Assembly: GCA_016215655.1 (NCBI GenBank)
Contig: JACRIT010000077.1
Location: forward strand, 6,928-70,927
Direction: 5' to 3'
DNA: 64,000 nt
Source of the DNA: Acidimicrobiia bacterium
Lineage (GTDB): Bacteria; Actinomycetota; Acidimicrobiia; Spongiisociales; UBA11373
In this document: positions 9,385 through 19,153 of the stretch, in pieces
Layout of the letters: every line of letters begins with the position of its first letter
How positions within the stretch are numbered: position 1 is the stretch's first letter
Notes under the pieces: generated by a model
The model's database searches: none
The model's input: the letters and a program-made list of their open reading frames with translations, nothing else
Told to the model about the DNA's origin: nothing
Program-made: the position numbers and the translations under genes

Positions 9385-10245
9385 ATGAGAGTCTCGTTCC
9401 AGACCCGACCCCAGGATTCCGACTGGCCGTCCCTCGTGGACTTCTGGAAGGAGGGCGATCGCATCGAGATCTACGACGCGGCGTGGACCTTCGATCACTT
9501 CTACCCCACTGTCGGCGGCGGCCGCGTGGGAGGCATGAGCACCAAGCCCGGCCCGGTGTTCGAGGGGTGGATGATGCTCGGCTGCATGAGCGGCATCGTG
9601 CACCGGCTTCGTCTCGGGATGCTGGTGAGCTGCGCCACCTACCGCCATCCCGCCGTACTGGCCAACATGGCCGCCACCCTGGACATCGCCTCGGACGGCC
9701 GGCTGGAGATCGGTCTCGGGGCGGGGTGGGCGGAGGCCGAGCACCTCGCCTACGGGATTCCGCTCTCCTCGTGGAAGGAGCGGTTCGACCGCCTCGAGGA
9801 GACCTGCGCCATCGTCGACTCCCTGCTCACCAACGAGACCACCACCTTCGACGGCACCTACTACCGGCTGCGCGACGCCCGCTGCGACCCCAAGCCCATC
9901 CAGCGTCCCCGCCCCCCGATCCTCATCGGCGGCACCGGGGAGAAGCGAACCTTGAAGATCGCGGCACGCTGGGCCGACCAGTGGAACCTTCCCGGAGGCG
10001 ATCCCGACGTGCTGCGCCAGCGGCTCGAGGTACTCGGCGAGCACTGCGCCGCCATCGGGCGCGATCCGGCGGAGATCGAGGTCTCGGTCAAGCTGGTCGC
10101 CGACGGCGACCCCGGCGAGTTCGCCGAACTGACGGCCCGCTACCGCGACGCCGGCGCCCAGCACGTGATCGCCCAGTTCATCGCCCCGTTCCAGCCGGCC
10201 AAGCTGGGAGCGCTCGCCGAGAGGCTGCAGGGGTTGGCGGGGTGA
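9385..10245 (+). CDS. LLM class F420-dependent oxidoreductase
   Basis: WTFDHFYP, YRHPAVLANMAATLD, GRLEIGLGAGW, PPILIGG.GEKRTL. Confidence 0.88.
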   Translation: MRVSFQTRPQDSDWPSLVDFWKEGDRIEIYDAAWTFDHFYPTVGGGRVGGMSTKPGPVFEGWMMLGCMSGIVHRLRLGMLVSCATYRHPAVLANMAATLDIASDGRLEIGLGAGWAEAEHLAYGIPLSSWKERFDRLEETCAIVDSLLTNETTTFDGTYYRLRDARCDPKPIQRPRPPILIGGTGEKRTLKIAARWADQWNLPGGDPDVLRQRLEVLGEHCAAIGRDPAEIEVSVKLVADGDPGEFAELTARYRDAGAQHVIAQFIAPFQPAKLGALAERLQGLAG

Positions 10246-10488
10246 CGGTCGGCACGGAGTGAGCGCTCCTCAGCTCGACGCGTCTCCCGCACCTTCAGAA
10301 CCTTCCAGCACGTGCCATGCGACGGGATGGTGTCTCCACGCGGACGCGGCGCCCGGCTCGACGTGACAAGGTTCGTCCGCGCAGCGACATTGGCCTCTAT
10401 GCCGGAGCGGCTCGACCCTCGTACGGTGCGTGCACGGAGTCGGAGCAGGGGGCCCGGGGTTCTGCGCCACATCCCAGGAAGGAGCGCC

Positions 10489-10971
10489 ATGAGGATCGAG
10501 TACTTCCACGCCTCGAAGTCGGGCAACGGGGCCCGGGTCGCCGAGGAGTTTCGCCAGGGCATGCTCGCCCGCGGAGTCACGGTGAATGTCCATCACATTC
10601 GCGACGCCACACCGTCGGGGCTGCCGCCGGCCGACCTCTACCTCTTCAGTTCGCCCGGACGCCTCGGCAAGCCGATCCGCGGGATGCGTCGCTTCCTCGA
10701 GAAGGTGGCGCTCCCGGCCGGGACCAAGTACGCCATCCTCACCACCGAGGCCGCACCCAAGCCGGACAAGAAGACGGGACTGATGCCCAGCGACGAGGAA
10801 GTCGCCAAGTGGCAGCGGGTTCGGCCGATCATGAGTCAGATCCTCGAGGACAAGGGGCTCGTCGAGGTCGCCGAGGACAAGGTCTTCGTGACGGGGCTCA
10901 AGGGACCGCTGGAGGAGGGCTGGCAGCAGAAGGTGGCGGCCTTCGAGGCCCGGATTCCCGTCCGGTCCTGA
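10489..10971 (+). CDS. flavodoxin-like protein
   Basis: YFHASKSGNG..VAE phosphate-binding loop; C-terminal KGPLEEG. Confidence 0.7.
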   Translation: MRIEYFHASKSGNGARVAEEFRQGMLARGVTVNVHHIRDATPSGLPPADLYLFSSPGRLGKPIRGMRRFLEKVALPAGTKYAILTTEAAPKPDKKTGLMPSDEEVAKWQRVRPIMSQILEDKGLVEVAEDKVFVTGLKGPLEEGWQQKVAAFEARIPVRS

Positions 10972-10976
10972 CTGGC

Positions 10977-11447
10977 GTGGCGCGGATCAAGGGCTTGCGC
11001 GGGGGCCATCGCGCTGACCACATTCCGGCGTCACACCGCGACTTGGTCGAGTGCCCACCGGTCGCTGCCCTGACGACGATCGGCGCCGATGGCTACCCCC
11101 AGACCTCGCCGGTGTGGTGCGACTTCGACGGCGAATTCGTCCGCATCAACACCATGCGGGGCTTCGCCAAGGAGCGGAACATGCGCCGCTTCCCACGGGT
11201 GACGTTGCTCTGTTTCGATCCCCGACAGCCGCTCCGCTACCTCGAGGTCCGAGGCAGGGTCGTGGCAATGACCGAGACCGGTGCCGGCGAGCACCTCGAC
11301 GCCCTCGCCTCCAAGTACATCGGACGACCGGTGAAGTACTTCGGTGATGTGATCCCGGATCGGTTCGCCGCCACCGAGACCCCCATCGTGTGCCGCGTTC
11401 GCCCACACCACGTCGTCGCTCTCGATGCCACCGGAGACGAGCGATGA
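10977..11447 (+). CDS. PPOX class F420-dependent oxidoreductase
   Basis: LTTI..DG.PQTSPVW, NT.RG..K.RN, YLEVRG, HLD.LA.KY. Start approximate. Confidence 0.82.
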   Translation: MARIKGLRGGHRADHIPASHRDLVECPPVAALTTIGADGYPQTSPVWCDFDGEFVRINTMRGFAKERNMRRFPRVTLLCFDPRQPLRYLEVRGRVVAMTETGAGEHLDALASKYIGRPVKYFGDVIPDRFAATETPIVCRVRPHHVVALDATGDER

Positions 11448-11887
11448 CGAGCGCCCCAGAACCCGAGCCCGTTCCGATCCCGGAATCCCATCTCGATCTG
11501 CTGACCCGGCCCGTTCATGGCCTGTTCACCACCATCGGTGTCGACGGTCAGCCGCAGTCGAGCCTGGTGTGGCTCGACACCGATGGCACCTGTGCCCGCG
11601 TCAACACCACACTCGAGCGGCAGAAGGGCCGCAACCTCGCCTCCAACCCCAAGGTGAGTCTCCTGGTGATCGATCCGGAGAACACGGCCCGCTTCATCCA
11701 GATCCGCGGCGACGCCGAGGTGACCACCGATGGCGCCATCGAGCACCTCGATGCGCTGACCCGCGCCTATACCCGGCATCCCCGGTACTACGGGTTCGTG
11801 TATCCCGTCGACCAGCAGCCGCACGAGACCCGCATCATCTGCCGGATCCGAGCCCGGCGGATCACGCTGGACGCGATCCACGCCTGA
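11444..11887 (+). CDS. PPOX class F420-dependent oxidoreductase (tandem paralog)
   Basis: TTI..DGQPQSSLVW, RQKGRNL..NPKVSL, IQIRG. ATGA overlap with the previous gene. Confidence 0.85.
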   Translation: MTSAPEPEPVPIPESHLDLLTRPVHGLFTTIGVDGQPQSSLVWLDTDGTCARVNTTLERQKGRNLASNPKVSLLVIDPENTARFIQIRGDAEVTTDGAIEHLDALTRAYTRHPRYYGFVYPVDQQPHETRIICRIRARRITLDAIHA

Positions 11888-11901
11888 GACGCGCGCCAGG
11901 A

Positions 11902-11925
11902 GTCAGAGGCCCTTCGGGACCCCTG
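11902..11925. repeat. 24-bp direct repeat, copy 1 (GTCAGAGGCCCTTCGGGACCCCTG)
   Basis: Matches 16651-16673 at 22/24 positions. Confidence 0.55.
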
Positions 11926-12063
11926 TCGGGAGTTCGCCGCAACACGACCCCGTTCTCACCATCTCGATCGAACAGTGAGACCACACCATCTGGTCGATCT
12001 CAGGCGGTGGGCCTCTGGACTGGGCGTGGGGCGGCGAGTCCCGAGCATCCATACACTCCTGCC

Positions 12064-15000
12064 ATGCCTGCCTGCCCAGTGTGTGGCTCTCCCGTCGCCG
12101 CCGACGCCCGATTCTGCGCGTCGTGCGGAACGGCATTGGTGCTGAGGTGTGATTCCTGTGGGACCGCCCTGCCTGCCGATGCGCGGTTCTGCCCATCGTG
12201 CGGCAAGGCGACCTCACCGGGGGCCGAGGCTGCGGCGGCCAAGGCAGCTGGAGAGGAACGCAAGGTGGTGTCGGTGGTATTCGCCGACCTGGTCGGTTTC
12301 ACCGCCGCCGGGGACGGTGCGGACCCGGAGGACATCAGCCGTCGGCTGTCCCCGTTTCACCAAGCGATCCGCCAGGAGGTGGAACGTCACGGCGGAAGGA
12401 TCGAGAAGTTGATGGGTGACGGGGTTCTCGCCGTGTTCGGGGCTCCACTGGCACATGAGGACGACGCCGAGCGAGCGGTGCGTGCCGGTCTCCGCATCCA
12501 GGAACGGGTCGCCGAGATGGCTGGCGGGATCCTCAGTGCCCGGGTAGCGGTGGGAACCGGCGAGGCCGTTGTTGTGATCGAGGGAACGACGATGGACCAC
12601 GAGGGTCTGGTGGGCGATGTGGTCAACACCACCTCGCGACTCCAACACGAGGCTCCCCCGGGTTCGGTGCTGGTAGACGAGCCGACCTACCGGTTGACCC
12701 GGCGCGTGTTCCAATATGAAGAGCGTCGACCGGTGGTGGTACGAGGCAAGAGCGAGCCATTGACCGTCTGGATGGCGGTCGCCCCGATCGGACGGTTCGG
12801 CGCAGACGTCGATGACGACGGCGTCGCCCTGTTCGGGCGCGAGATCGAGCTCAGCCTGCTCATCGACGCCTTCTCGAGGTCCAGGAGCGACCGCAGGAGC
12901 CAGATCGTGACCATCTCCGGGGAGCCCGGTGTCGGGAAGTCGCGCCTGGTCCGCGAACTCCGGCGACACATCGACGATCTTCCCGATCTCGCGCGATGGC
13001 GCCGGGGTCGATGCCTGCCCTACGGGGAGAGCATTGTCTACTGGGCGTTCGGTGAGATCGTCAAGGCGGAGGCCGGAATCCTGGAGACCGACCTGCCCCG
13101 CACCGCCGCGGCAAAGCTGCGAGCCTCTCTCGAACCCTTGATGGACGAAGGCGACGAGCGCACTTGGGTCGCGGGCCGACTCGCTCCGCTCGTGGGCATC
13201 GAGGAGGAGGCGATCGCGGATCGCGAGGAACTCTTCGCCGCCTGGTCGCGCTACGTCGCCGCCCTGGCCGAGCAGCGGCCCACGGTGCTCGTGTTTGAGG
13301 ATCTCCATTGGGCGGATCCCGCCCTACTCGCTCTTGTCTCCGGCATTCCCGAAGCCGCGCAGGGCACCCCGCTGCTCGTCGTGGGTACCGCCCGCTCCGA
13401 GTTCTTCGAGGACCAGCCCACATGGGGCAGCGGGCAGCGCAACGCGATCACCATTCACCTCGAACCACTCGACCCCGCCGCCACCTCGCGCCTGCTCGAC
13501 GCGCTACTTGCAGACGTGGAGGTCTCCGAGGACCGTCGGGCGGCGATCGCGACACGCTCCGGCGGCAACCCCTTGTGGGCGCAGGAGTTCGCCCGGATGC
13601 TGCGCGATCGTCCCGACGTGGCCACGAACTCGGTGCTGCCCGAGAACGTCCAGGCTGTGGTCGCGGCCCGGATCGACCTTCTCGATGCGGAACCCAAAGC
13701 GGTGATCCAGGCCGCAGCGACCCTTGGCAATTCCTTTTGGCCGGGAGCGGTCACCGCCATGCTTCCTGATCAGGACGACGATGTCGACGCCATCTGTCGC
13801 GAACTGGCGCGCCGGGAACTGATTCGGCGCGCCCGAGTGTCGACCATGGCGGGAGAAAGCGAGTACGCCTTCAGCCATGGCGTCATTCGCGACGTTGCCT
13901 ATGGCCGCGTGCCGCGGCGGGTTCGGGCAGACCGACACCATCGCGTTGCCCGCTGGATCGAAGCCCAGGCGGGGGAACGACTGGGCGATCGCGCCCAGGT
14001 GATCGCCCATCACGACGCCGAAGCACTGCGCCTGGCGATAGCGACCGACACACCCGATGTCACCCGCTTCGTAGATGCGGCCATCCCATCGCACCTACGG
14101 GCTGCGGTCCAAACGGCACACCTCGATCTCGACGTGCACCGCTCTCACCTCGAAGCCGCTCTCGAACTGATGCTCGCGGGCGACCCGCGCCGGGCGCCGG
14201 CGCTGCTCGACCTTGCCAATGCCGTGGGCGCCAGCGGGTTGGTGGACACCGCCCGCAAGCTGTCCCTCGAAGCGCGCGGCGAGTTCGAGATGCATGGCGA
14301 CACCGAGGGTTGGGCCAGGGCCTCTGTCTATCTGGGCCGCAATGCCTGGTTGGCAGGGGATCCCGATGCTGCCGCGACCTTTGGCGCCGCTGCCATCACT
14401 GCCCTCGAGGCGCTGCCTCCTGGGTCGACCCTCGCTGAGGCGTACGCATTCGCTGCTTCTCGCCTCTGGCTACTGGGTGAGAACCCGACCGAGGTGCTGG
14501 CGCTCGTCAATCGCGTGCGGTCCACGGTCGACACGCACGGCTCCGCGCGAACCCGCACCCGATTGCTCCAGGCCGAGGGCGGCTCGCGATTCGATCTGGG
14601 CGATCCCGCTGCCATTGGTACCTTTCGGTCGGCATTGGCGATGGCGATCGAATCGGACAACTCGGAGGCCATCTCCACCGCGCACCTCAATCTCGGGGAG
14701 CAACTACGCACCGGGTGGGGGCTGCGAGAGGCGATTCTCGTCCACGAGCGGGGTATGGAGGTCGCCCGACGGCGGCGAGTACGAGGCTCCGAGCAGTTCC
14801 TGGCCCTGGCTCTGGCGTACGACTACTTCCTCGCTTTCGAGTGGAACGATGCGGCCGCCTGTCTCGACGTATTCCGGGCCATGCCCGAGAAGCTCCCGTA
14901 CCTTCGGCAGAATCTCGAAATCGAGGCCATGGCGCTTGAAGCTTGCCGGGGCCTGCTCGTGCCACTCGAGCGCGTGGATTCAGCGATCGATGCCGCCCTG

Positions 15001-15501
15001 GGCATCCGCGACCTGCAGGTCGTGATCCCCACGCTCGACAGCGCCTGCTGGGCCCTCGAGCTCGGCGATAGCCGTGACCGTGCCGCTGCCGCGGCGCGCC
15101 AGATCGTCGAGCGAAGCGGTCCTTCGCGCTTCCTCATCGACGCGTTCCCGATGACCCTCCGGGTCTTGCGCGCCGTGGGAGAGCTGGGACAGATCGAGCC
15201 GCTTCTCCCCGAGCTGCGCCGGTTCACCATGCCCCGGCCCGAAGCGCTGGTCGCGTTCGCCGCGGCTCTGCTCGGGGAGGAAGCGGATCCCGAGTCGGCC
15301 TGCAGGGTCATCGAGGATGCGGCAGTTCGCCTCGCTGACCTCGACGCCACGCTGGAGGCGACGGTTCTCCTCGCCGAGGCGATGCGAGTCAGCCGAGACA
15401 CCGGAGATGAGGCTGGAATCGGTCGCATCCGGGAGCGAGTTGCCGCCCTCGCATTGCCCCCCGAAGGCGAGTTCCTGCTCGCCCGGCTCGGGCTCGACTG
15501 A
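12064..15501 (+). CDS. double zinc ribbon - class III adenylate/guanylate cyclase - AAA ATPase (STAND-like) - helical repeat protein
   Basis: Four N-terminal CxxCG motifs, ERKVVSVVFADLVGFT, GDGVLAVFGAP.AHEDD, GEPGVGKS Walker A, FEDLHWAD Walker B, SGGNP. Confidence 0.9.
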   Translation: MPACPVCGSPVAADARFCASCGTALVLRCDSCGTALPADARFCPSCGKATSPGAEAAAAKAAGEERKVVSVVFADLVGFTAAGDGADPEDISRRLSPFHQAIRQEVERHGGRIEKLMGDGVLAVFGAPLAHEDDAERAVRAGLRIQERVAEMAGGILSARVAVGTGEAVVVIEGTTMDHEGLVGDVVNTTSRLQHEAPPGSVLVDEPTYRLTRRVFQYEERRPVVVRGKSEPLTVWMAVAPIGRFGADVDDDGVALFGREIELSLLIDAFSRSRSDRRSQIVTISGEPGVGKSRLVRELRRHIDDLPDLARWRRGRCLPYGESIVYWAFGEIVKAEAGILETDLPRTAAAKLRASLEPLMDEGDERTWVAGRLAPLVGIEEEAIADREELFAAWSRYVAALAEQRPTVLVFEDLHWADPALLALVSGIPEAAQGTPLLVVGTARSEFFEDQPTWGSGQRNAITIHLEPLDPAATSRLLDALLADVEVSEDRRAAIATRSGGNPLWAQEFARMLRDRPDVATNSVLPENVQAVVAARIDLLDAEPKAVIQAAATLGNSFWPGAVTAMLPDQDDDVDAICRELARRELIRRARVSTMAGESEYAFSHGVIRDVAYGRVPRRVRADRHHRVARWIEAQAGERLGDRAQVIAHHDAEALRLAIATDTPDVTRFVDAAIPSHLRAAVQTAHLDLDVHRSHLEAALELMLAGDPRRAPALLDLANAVGASGLVDTARKLSLEARGEFEMHGDTEGWARASVYLGRNAWLAGDPDAAATFGAAAITALEALPPGSTLAEAYAFAASRLWLLGENPTEVLALVNRVRSTVDTHGSARTRTRLLQAEGGSRFDLGDPAAIGTFRSALAMAIESDNSEAISTAHLNLGEQLRTGWGLREAILVHERGMEVARRRRVRGSEQFLALALAYDYFLAFEWNDAAACLDVFRAMPEKLPYLRQNLEIEAMALEACRGLLVPLERVDSAIDAALGIRDLQVVIPTLDSACWALELGDSRDRAAAAARQIVERSGPSRFLIDAFPMTLRVLRAVGELGQIEPLLPELRRFTMPRPEALVAFAAALLGEEADPESACRVIEDAAVRLADLDATLEATVLLAEAMRVSRDTGDEAGIGRIRERVAALALPPEGEFLLARLGLD

Positions 15502-15747
15502 CGATCGCCCCGGGGTCCCGGGCTTCTCTTGGACAATGACCGCTCCGAGACGCCGAAGAGGGCAAGGGCCGAACCCTTCCGATGAACTGACGAGGCGGAG
15601 CCCCGGCACTTGTCAGCAGTTCGCCTGTCTTCACTGCGTTCACCCTTACCCGTAGCCGTTGAGGCGGATGAACTTCGCTGAGACACCTGAGAATCCTCGA
15701 TCGCGCCGTGGCTCACGCAGAACCACACGTGAAGTGTGGTTCGGGAT

Positions 15748-16566
15748 CTACCGGGGGCGCCGCTCCAGGCCCGCGGTGCCCGTGGCGCGACCGATAAGGG
15801 TGTTTCCCTCCCATACCTCGAGATCGCCCACCAGCGTGTTCACGATGCGCTCTCCGAGATCGCCGTAGCTGGATCCGGTAGCGCGCAGTCGGATCGAGGG
15901 CTTTCCCAGGCGTCGAAAGGCTATCTCGAACTTCTCGGGAGTGCCGCTCACCCGGGTGCGGGCGGTGGGTGACATGATGAGCTTGCGAAGTTCTCCGTGC
16001 TTGATGAACAGGTAACCCGCAGGTGCCGAAGCCGGGATTCCCCAGACGCCACTGCGAAAGAGGTCGCACTCGACTGCCAGATCGGGCGCGTCGAACTGGT
16101 TGGTCGAGATCCACCACCACTCCCGGGGGAGCCGGCGCCCCCAATACTGGGCGAGCACTCCTTTGGCCCCGGCGACCTCGAACGACTGGCCGGCGTGGGT
16201 CATCGAACCGGTAAACCGGACCTCGGGTGCAACCACGACAGCCAAGTCGAGGAGGTGGAGCAGCCGCGCCGGGAAAACATCGGGGGCGATTGGGGGATCG
16301 AGGATCTCCATGGCGAGATCCCACGTCACGTCCTCGACCCGACCCTTGGTATGGGTCTCGGTGAGGGTGTTCTCACCCTCGGCGAGGGACACAACCGGAA
16401 TCGGTAGAAAGCGAACCGCGCGGCCGCGCGGGGAGTGGATGCTGACCCGAACCGCGTGATCGCCGCTGCGGCGGCGAGCGATCCAGTCGACCAGGAGTGC
16501 CTCGCCTCCCGAGTTCACCTTGAAGAACCAGTACTCGACCGCGCTGCCGGGGTGAGGGTCGAGCAT
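15748..16566 (-). CDS. hypothetical protein, tocopherol cyclase/AttH-like fold suspected
   Basis: EYWFFK near the N-terminus and QYWGRRLPREWWWISTNQF, resembling the 'NWG..FP..W.W.Q.N.F' motif of tocopherol cyclase-like proteins. Confidence 0.5.
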   Translation of the reverse strand: MLDPHPGSAVEYWFFKVNSGGEALLVDWIARRRSGDHAVRVSIHSPRGRAVRFLPIPVVSLAEGENTLTETHTKGRVEDVTWDLAMEILDPPIAPDVFPARLLHLLDLAVVVAPEVRFTGSMTHAGQSFEVAGAKGVLAQYWGRRLPREWWWISTNQFDAPDLAVECDLFRSGVWGIPASAPAGYLFIKHGELRKLIMSPTARTRVSGTPEKFEIAFRRLGKPSIRLRATGSSYGDLGERIVNTLVGDLEVWEGNTLIGRATGTAGLERRPR

Positions 16567-16650
16567 CGCCCGAGGATACCGAGTCGGGCACCGCCGGTCC
16601 GGCGGTCGCCGAAGGGTGGTGAGGAGTATCACCCTCGACAGCATCTCAAG

Positions 16651-16673
16651 GTCAGAGGCCCCCGGGACCCCTG
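16651..16673. repeat. 23-bp direct repeat, copy 2 (GTCAGAGGCCCCCGGGACCCCTG); minus-strand hairpin after the flavodoxin stop
   Basis: Matches 11902-11925. Confidence 0.55.
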
Positions 16674-16690
16674 ATCTCTCCGTAAGGTGA

Positions 16691-17191
16691 TCAGGCGCGC
16701 CGTGCTGCCTCGGCCAGTTCCTTGCCCCAGGCCCGGGCGCGTTCGATCTCACCCTCCCGCAGCGGGCCGAACTTGCCGGTGACGATGAAGCCGCGCCCCT
16801 TGGCGATGGGCTGGTACCCGGCGGCGCCGAGTGCCTTGGCGATCGCCGGAGCAGCACTGCCAAACGGTCCCTTCGCCCTGGTGTCGAACGCCGCCGAGTG
16901 GCCCTTTCCCGGCGTCAGCGACGCCAGCCACTCCCGCATCGGCGGGTGGGAGAGATCGGGCGGCCGTGGTGCCCCCGACTCGTTGCGCAGGCTGTCGCGG
17001 ACCTTGGCGCTCGGCATGCGAAAGGCGATCACCGGCGAACCCGCCACGATCAGGTCGCAGCCGGCGATGGCCTCCGGGGTGGCTTCTCGTGTGGAGAGGC
17101 AGCGGGTGCCCGAACCCAGGCCCTCGGCAATGGCCCGGGCGATGGCGGCGGTGTTGCCCCACAGCGACTCGTAGACGACGACGGCTCGCAT
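16691..17191 (-). CDS. flavodoxin domain protein
   Basis: VYESLWGNT..IA.AIAEG, AAFDTR, GPLREGEIERARAWG. Confidence 0.88.
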   Translation of the reverse strand: MRAVVVYESLWGNTAAIARAIAEGLGSGTRCLSTREATPEAIAGCDLIVAGSPVIAFRMPSAKVRDSLRNESGAPRPPDLSHPPMREWLASLTPGKGHSAAFDTRAKGPFGSAAPAIAKALGAAGYQPIAKGRGFIVTGKFGPLREGEIERARAWGKELAEAARRA

Positions 17192-17205
17192 GGTCCTCGG
17201 CTCCT

Positions 17206-18261
17206 CTATGGCTCGACGATCACCTTGATGGCGTCCTCACGGCGCTCGTTGAAGGTCGCCAGGGCCTCCCCGAACTCGGTCAGCGGGAAGGTGTGGGTGT
17301 GGAGTTCGCTCACCCGGATCCTGCCGTCGGCCACCAGCGGGATGACATGACGCATCTCTCCCGCGGTGGCGCGAACTCCGATCAGCTGCTTCTCGAACAG
17401 CACCAGATCCTGAAAGGAGATGGCGACGTCGCGCACCGGGATGCCCACCACCGCGGCGGTACCGCCCTTGCGCAACATCGCCAGCGACCAGCGGAACGAA
17501 TCGTCGGCGCCGGCGCAGTCCAGGACGATGTCGACGCCGAGGCCCGCCGTCGATACCCGCACCGTGGCCACCGGGTCGACCGCGGTGTAGTCCACCACCT
17601 CGCTGCCCATCTCGGCCGCCTTCTTGAGCCGCCCTCCCCGTCCCACCACAATGACCCGCCCCGCTCCCCGGGCACGCGCCGCGTCGGCGGCGAGCAGGCC
17701 GATCGGGCCCGGGCCGACCACGGCGACGTTGTCGCCGGGGGCGATCCCCCCGCGGTTGGCGGTGTGGAGGGCTATCGACGCCGGATCGAGCAGGGCGCCC
17801 TGGGCGAATGTCAGCGTGTCGGGCAGATGGAACACCGCCTTGAGGCCGTGCACCACGAAGTCGGCAAAGGCGCCCTGCCAGGTGTGGCCGTAGTGGCGGT
17901 GGACCGAAGGATCGCCGTAGTTCTCGCAGAGGTTGTAGCGCCCCTCGACGCACAACTGGCAGAAGCCGCAAGCGTCGTGCGAGGTGCCGGCCACCCGGTC
18001 GCCGACGGCCCAGCCGTGCGACGCGGCGTTCTCGCCGAGGCCGACCACCTCGCCGGCCCACTCATGGCCGGGGATGAAGGGATAGGCCGGGGGCCAGAAT
18101 CCGGCGTAGTCGCCCTTGACGAGATGCGAGTCGGTGCCGCAGATCGAGATCGCCCGCACCCGGCACAGCAGCTCGTTGCGCCCCGGCACCGGCAACGGCA
18201 CCTGCTGGATGGCGAAGTCGTTGGGCGCAGCCAGCACCAGCGCCCGCATGGTGTCTGCCAC
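17206..18261 (-). CDS. zinc-dependent alcohol dehydrogenase (MDR, sorbitol/threonine dehydrogenase-like)
   Basis: ICGTD, GHEWAG, CGFCQLC...C structural Zn site, GPGPIG. Confidence 0.9.
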   Translation of the reverse strand: MADTMRALVLAAPNDFAIQQVPLPVPGRNELLCRVRAISICGTDSHLVKGDYAGFWPPAYPFIPGHEWAGEVVGLGENAASHGWAVGDRVAGTSHDACGFCQLCVEGRYNLCENYGDPSVHRHYGHTWQGAFADFVVHGLKAVFHLPDTLTFAQGALLDPASIALHTANRGGIAPGDNVAVVGPGPIGLLAADAARARGAGRVIVVGRGGRLKKAAEMGSEVVDYTAVDPVATVRVSTAGLGVDIVLDCAGADDSFRWSLAMLRKGGTAAVVGIPVRDVAISFQDLVLFEKQLIGVRATAGEMRHVIPLVADGRIRVSELHTHTFPLTEFGEALATFNERREDAIKVIVEP

Positions 18262-18262
18262 C

Positions 18263-19153
18263 TCAGATGACCGCCAGCGGATCCACCATCGAACCGGTGG
18301 CCCCGCGGATCTTCACCGGGAGCATCACGAAGAGGAACTCGTACACCCGGTCGCGGGCCACCTCCTCGAGGTAGACGCTCTCCATGATGTAGATGCCGTT
18401 TTCGATGAGCAGCTTGGTGTGCACCGGCTGCGGATTCGCCGGGATCCCCCGGTCGGGAGCGGGTTGCACCTCGTAGGTCTCGGTGTCGGTGCCGGTGGCG
18501 ACGACCCCACGCTCCAGCAGCCACTCGGCGGCGGAGAGATCGGGCCCGGCGGTCTTGTGCGCCAGCATCGCCGCGGCATCGGGCCAGAACTTGAGGTAAC
18601 CGGTGCGGATGAGGACGACGTCCCACGGCCGCACCTCGACCCCCTGGTGCTTGGCGATCGCCTCGAGTTCGGCCGCCCCCACCGGCTCACCGGCGGCCAG
18701 GGCGTCGACCCCGCGGTATCCGGGAGGATCGAGCAGCACCCCCCGGGTGAAGAACGGCGGCAGCTTCTCGGCATCGCCGACCGATGGCCCGTGGTCGGTG
18801 AGGTGCTCCCGGGTGTTGCCTCCGCCGTACCAGTGGTTGTCGTCGCCGACGGTCATGTGGCCGAGGGCGTCGACATGGGTGCCGGAGTGCGAGGTCGCCA
18901 TGACGTACTCCGCCATGTAGCCCAATCCGACGTCGTTGGGGGGACCCCAGGGCTGGGCCTGCTCGGCGCGGATTCCCGGAGGGGTGCGGTAGTTGAGCAC
19001 CTGGAACGGGGGATGGCCGGGAAAGAGCGGCATCCCGGGGAACCGCGCCACCGCCAGCGAGTACTGGCGGCCCGTCTTCACCATGCGCGCCGCCTCGACG
19101 GCGACCGCAGGCGGAATGTCTCGTACCGGGCCGACGTTCTGGTGCTCGGTCAT
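18263..19153 (-). CDS. cyclase family (kynurenine formamidase-like) metal-dependent hydrolase
   Basis: HSGTHVDALGH, RGVLLD, VLIRTG, VH..LL...G.YIME, GATGS. Confidence 0.85.
   Translation of the reverse strand: MTEHQNVGPVRDIPPAVAVEAARMVKTGRQYSLAVARFPGMPLFPGHPPFQVLNYRTPPGIRAEQAQPWGPPNDVGLGYMAEYVMATSHSGTHVDALGHMTVGDDNHWYGGGNTREHLTDHGPSVGDAEKLPPFFTRGVLLDPPGYRGVDALAAGEPVGAAELEAIAKHQGVEVRPWDVVLIRTGYLKFWPDAAAMLAHKTAGPDLSAAEWLLERGVVATGTDTETYEVQPAPDRGIPANPQPVHTKLLIENGIYIMESVYLEEVARDRVYEFLFVMLPVKIRGATGSMVDPLAVI

Noticed and set aside
11425-12063. N-terminal extension of the cyclase ORF (1358 aa in the track)
   Set aside because: It overlaps the PPOX gene in another frame and is low-complexity Arg/Pro-rich. 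The real start is most likely ATG 12064, just before the zinc ribbon.
15580-15625. CTGACGA plus hairpin as a hammerhead ribozyme
   Set aside because: No GAAA core or three-stem junction follows. It is probably just a hairpin between convergent genes.
15748-16566. Tocopherol pathway linking the cyclase-like gene with hmgA
   Set aside because: The genes are about 23 kb apart, HmgA degrades homogentisate, no prenyltransferase is present, and the fold call itself is tentative.
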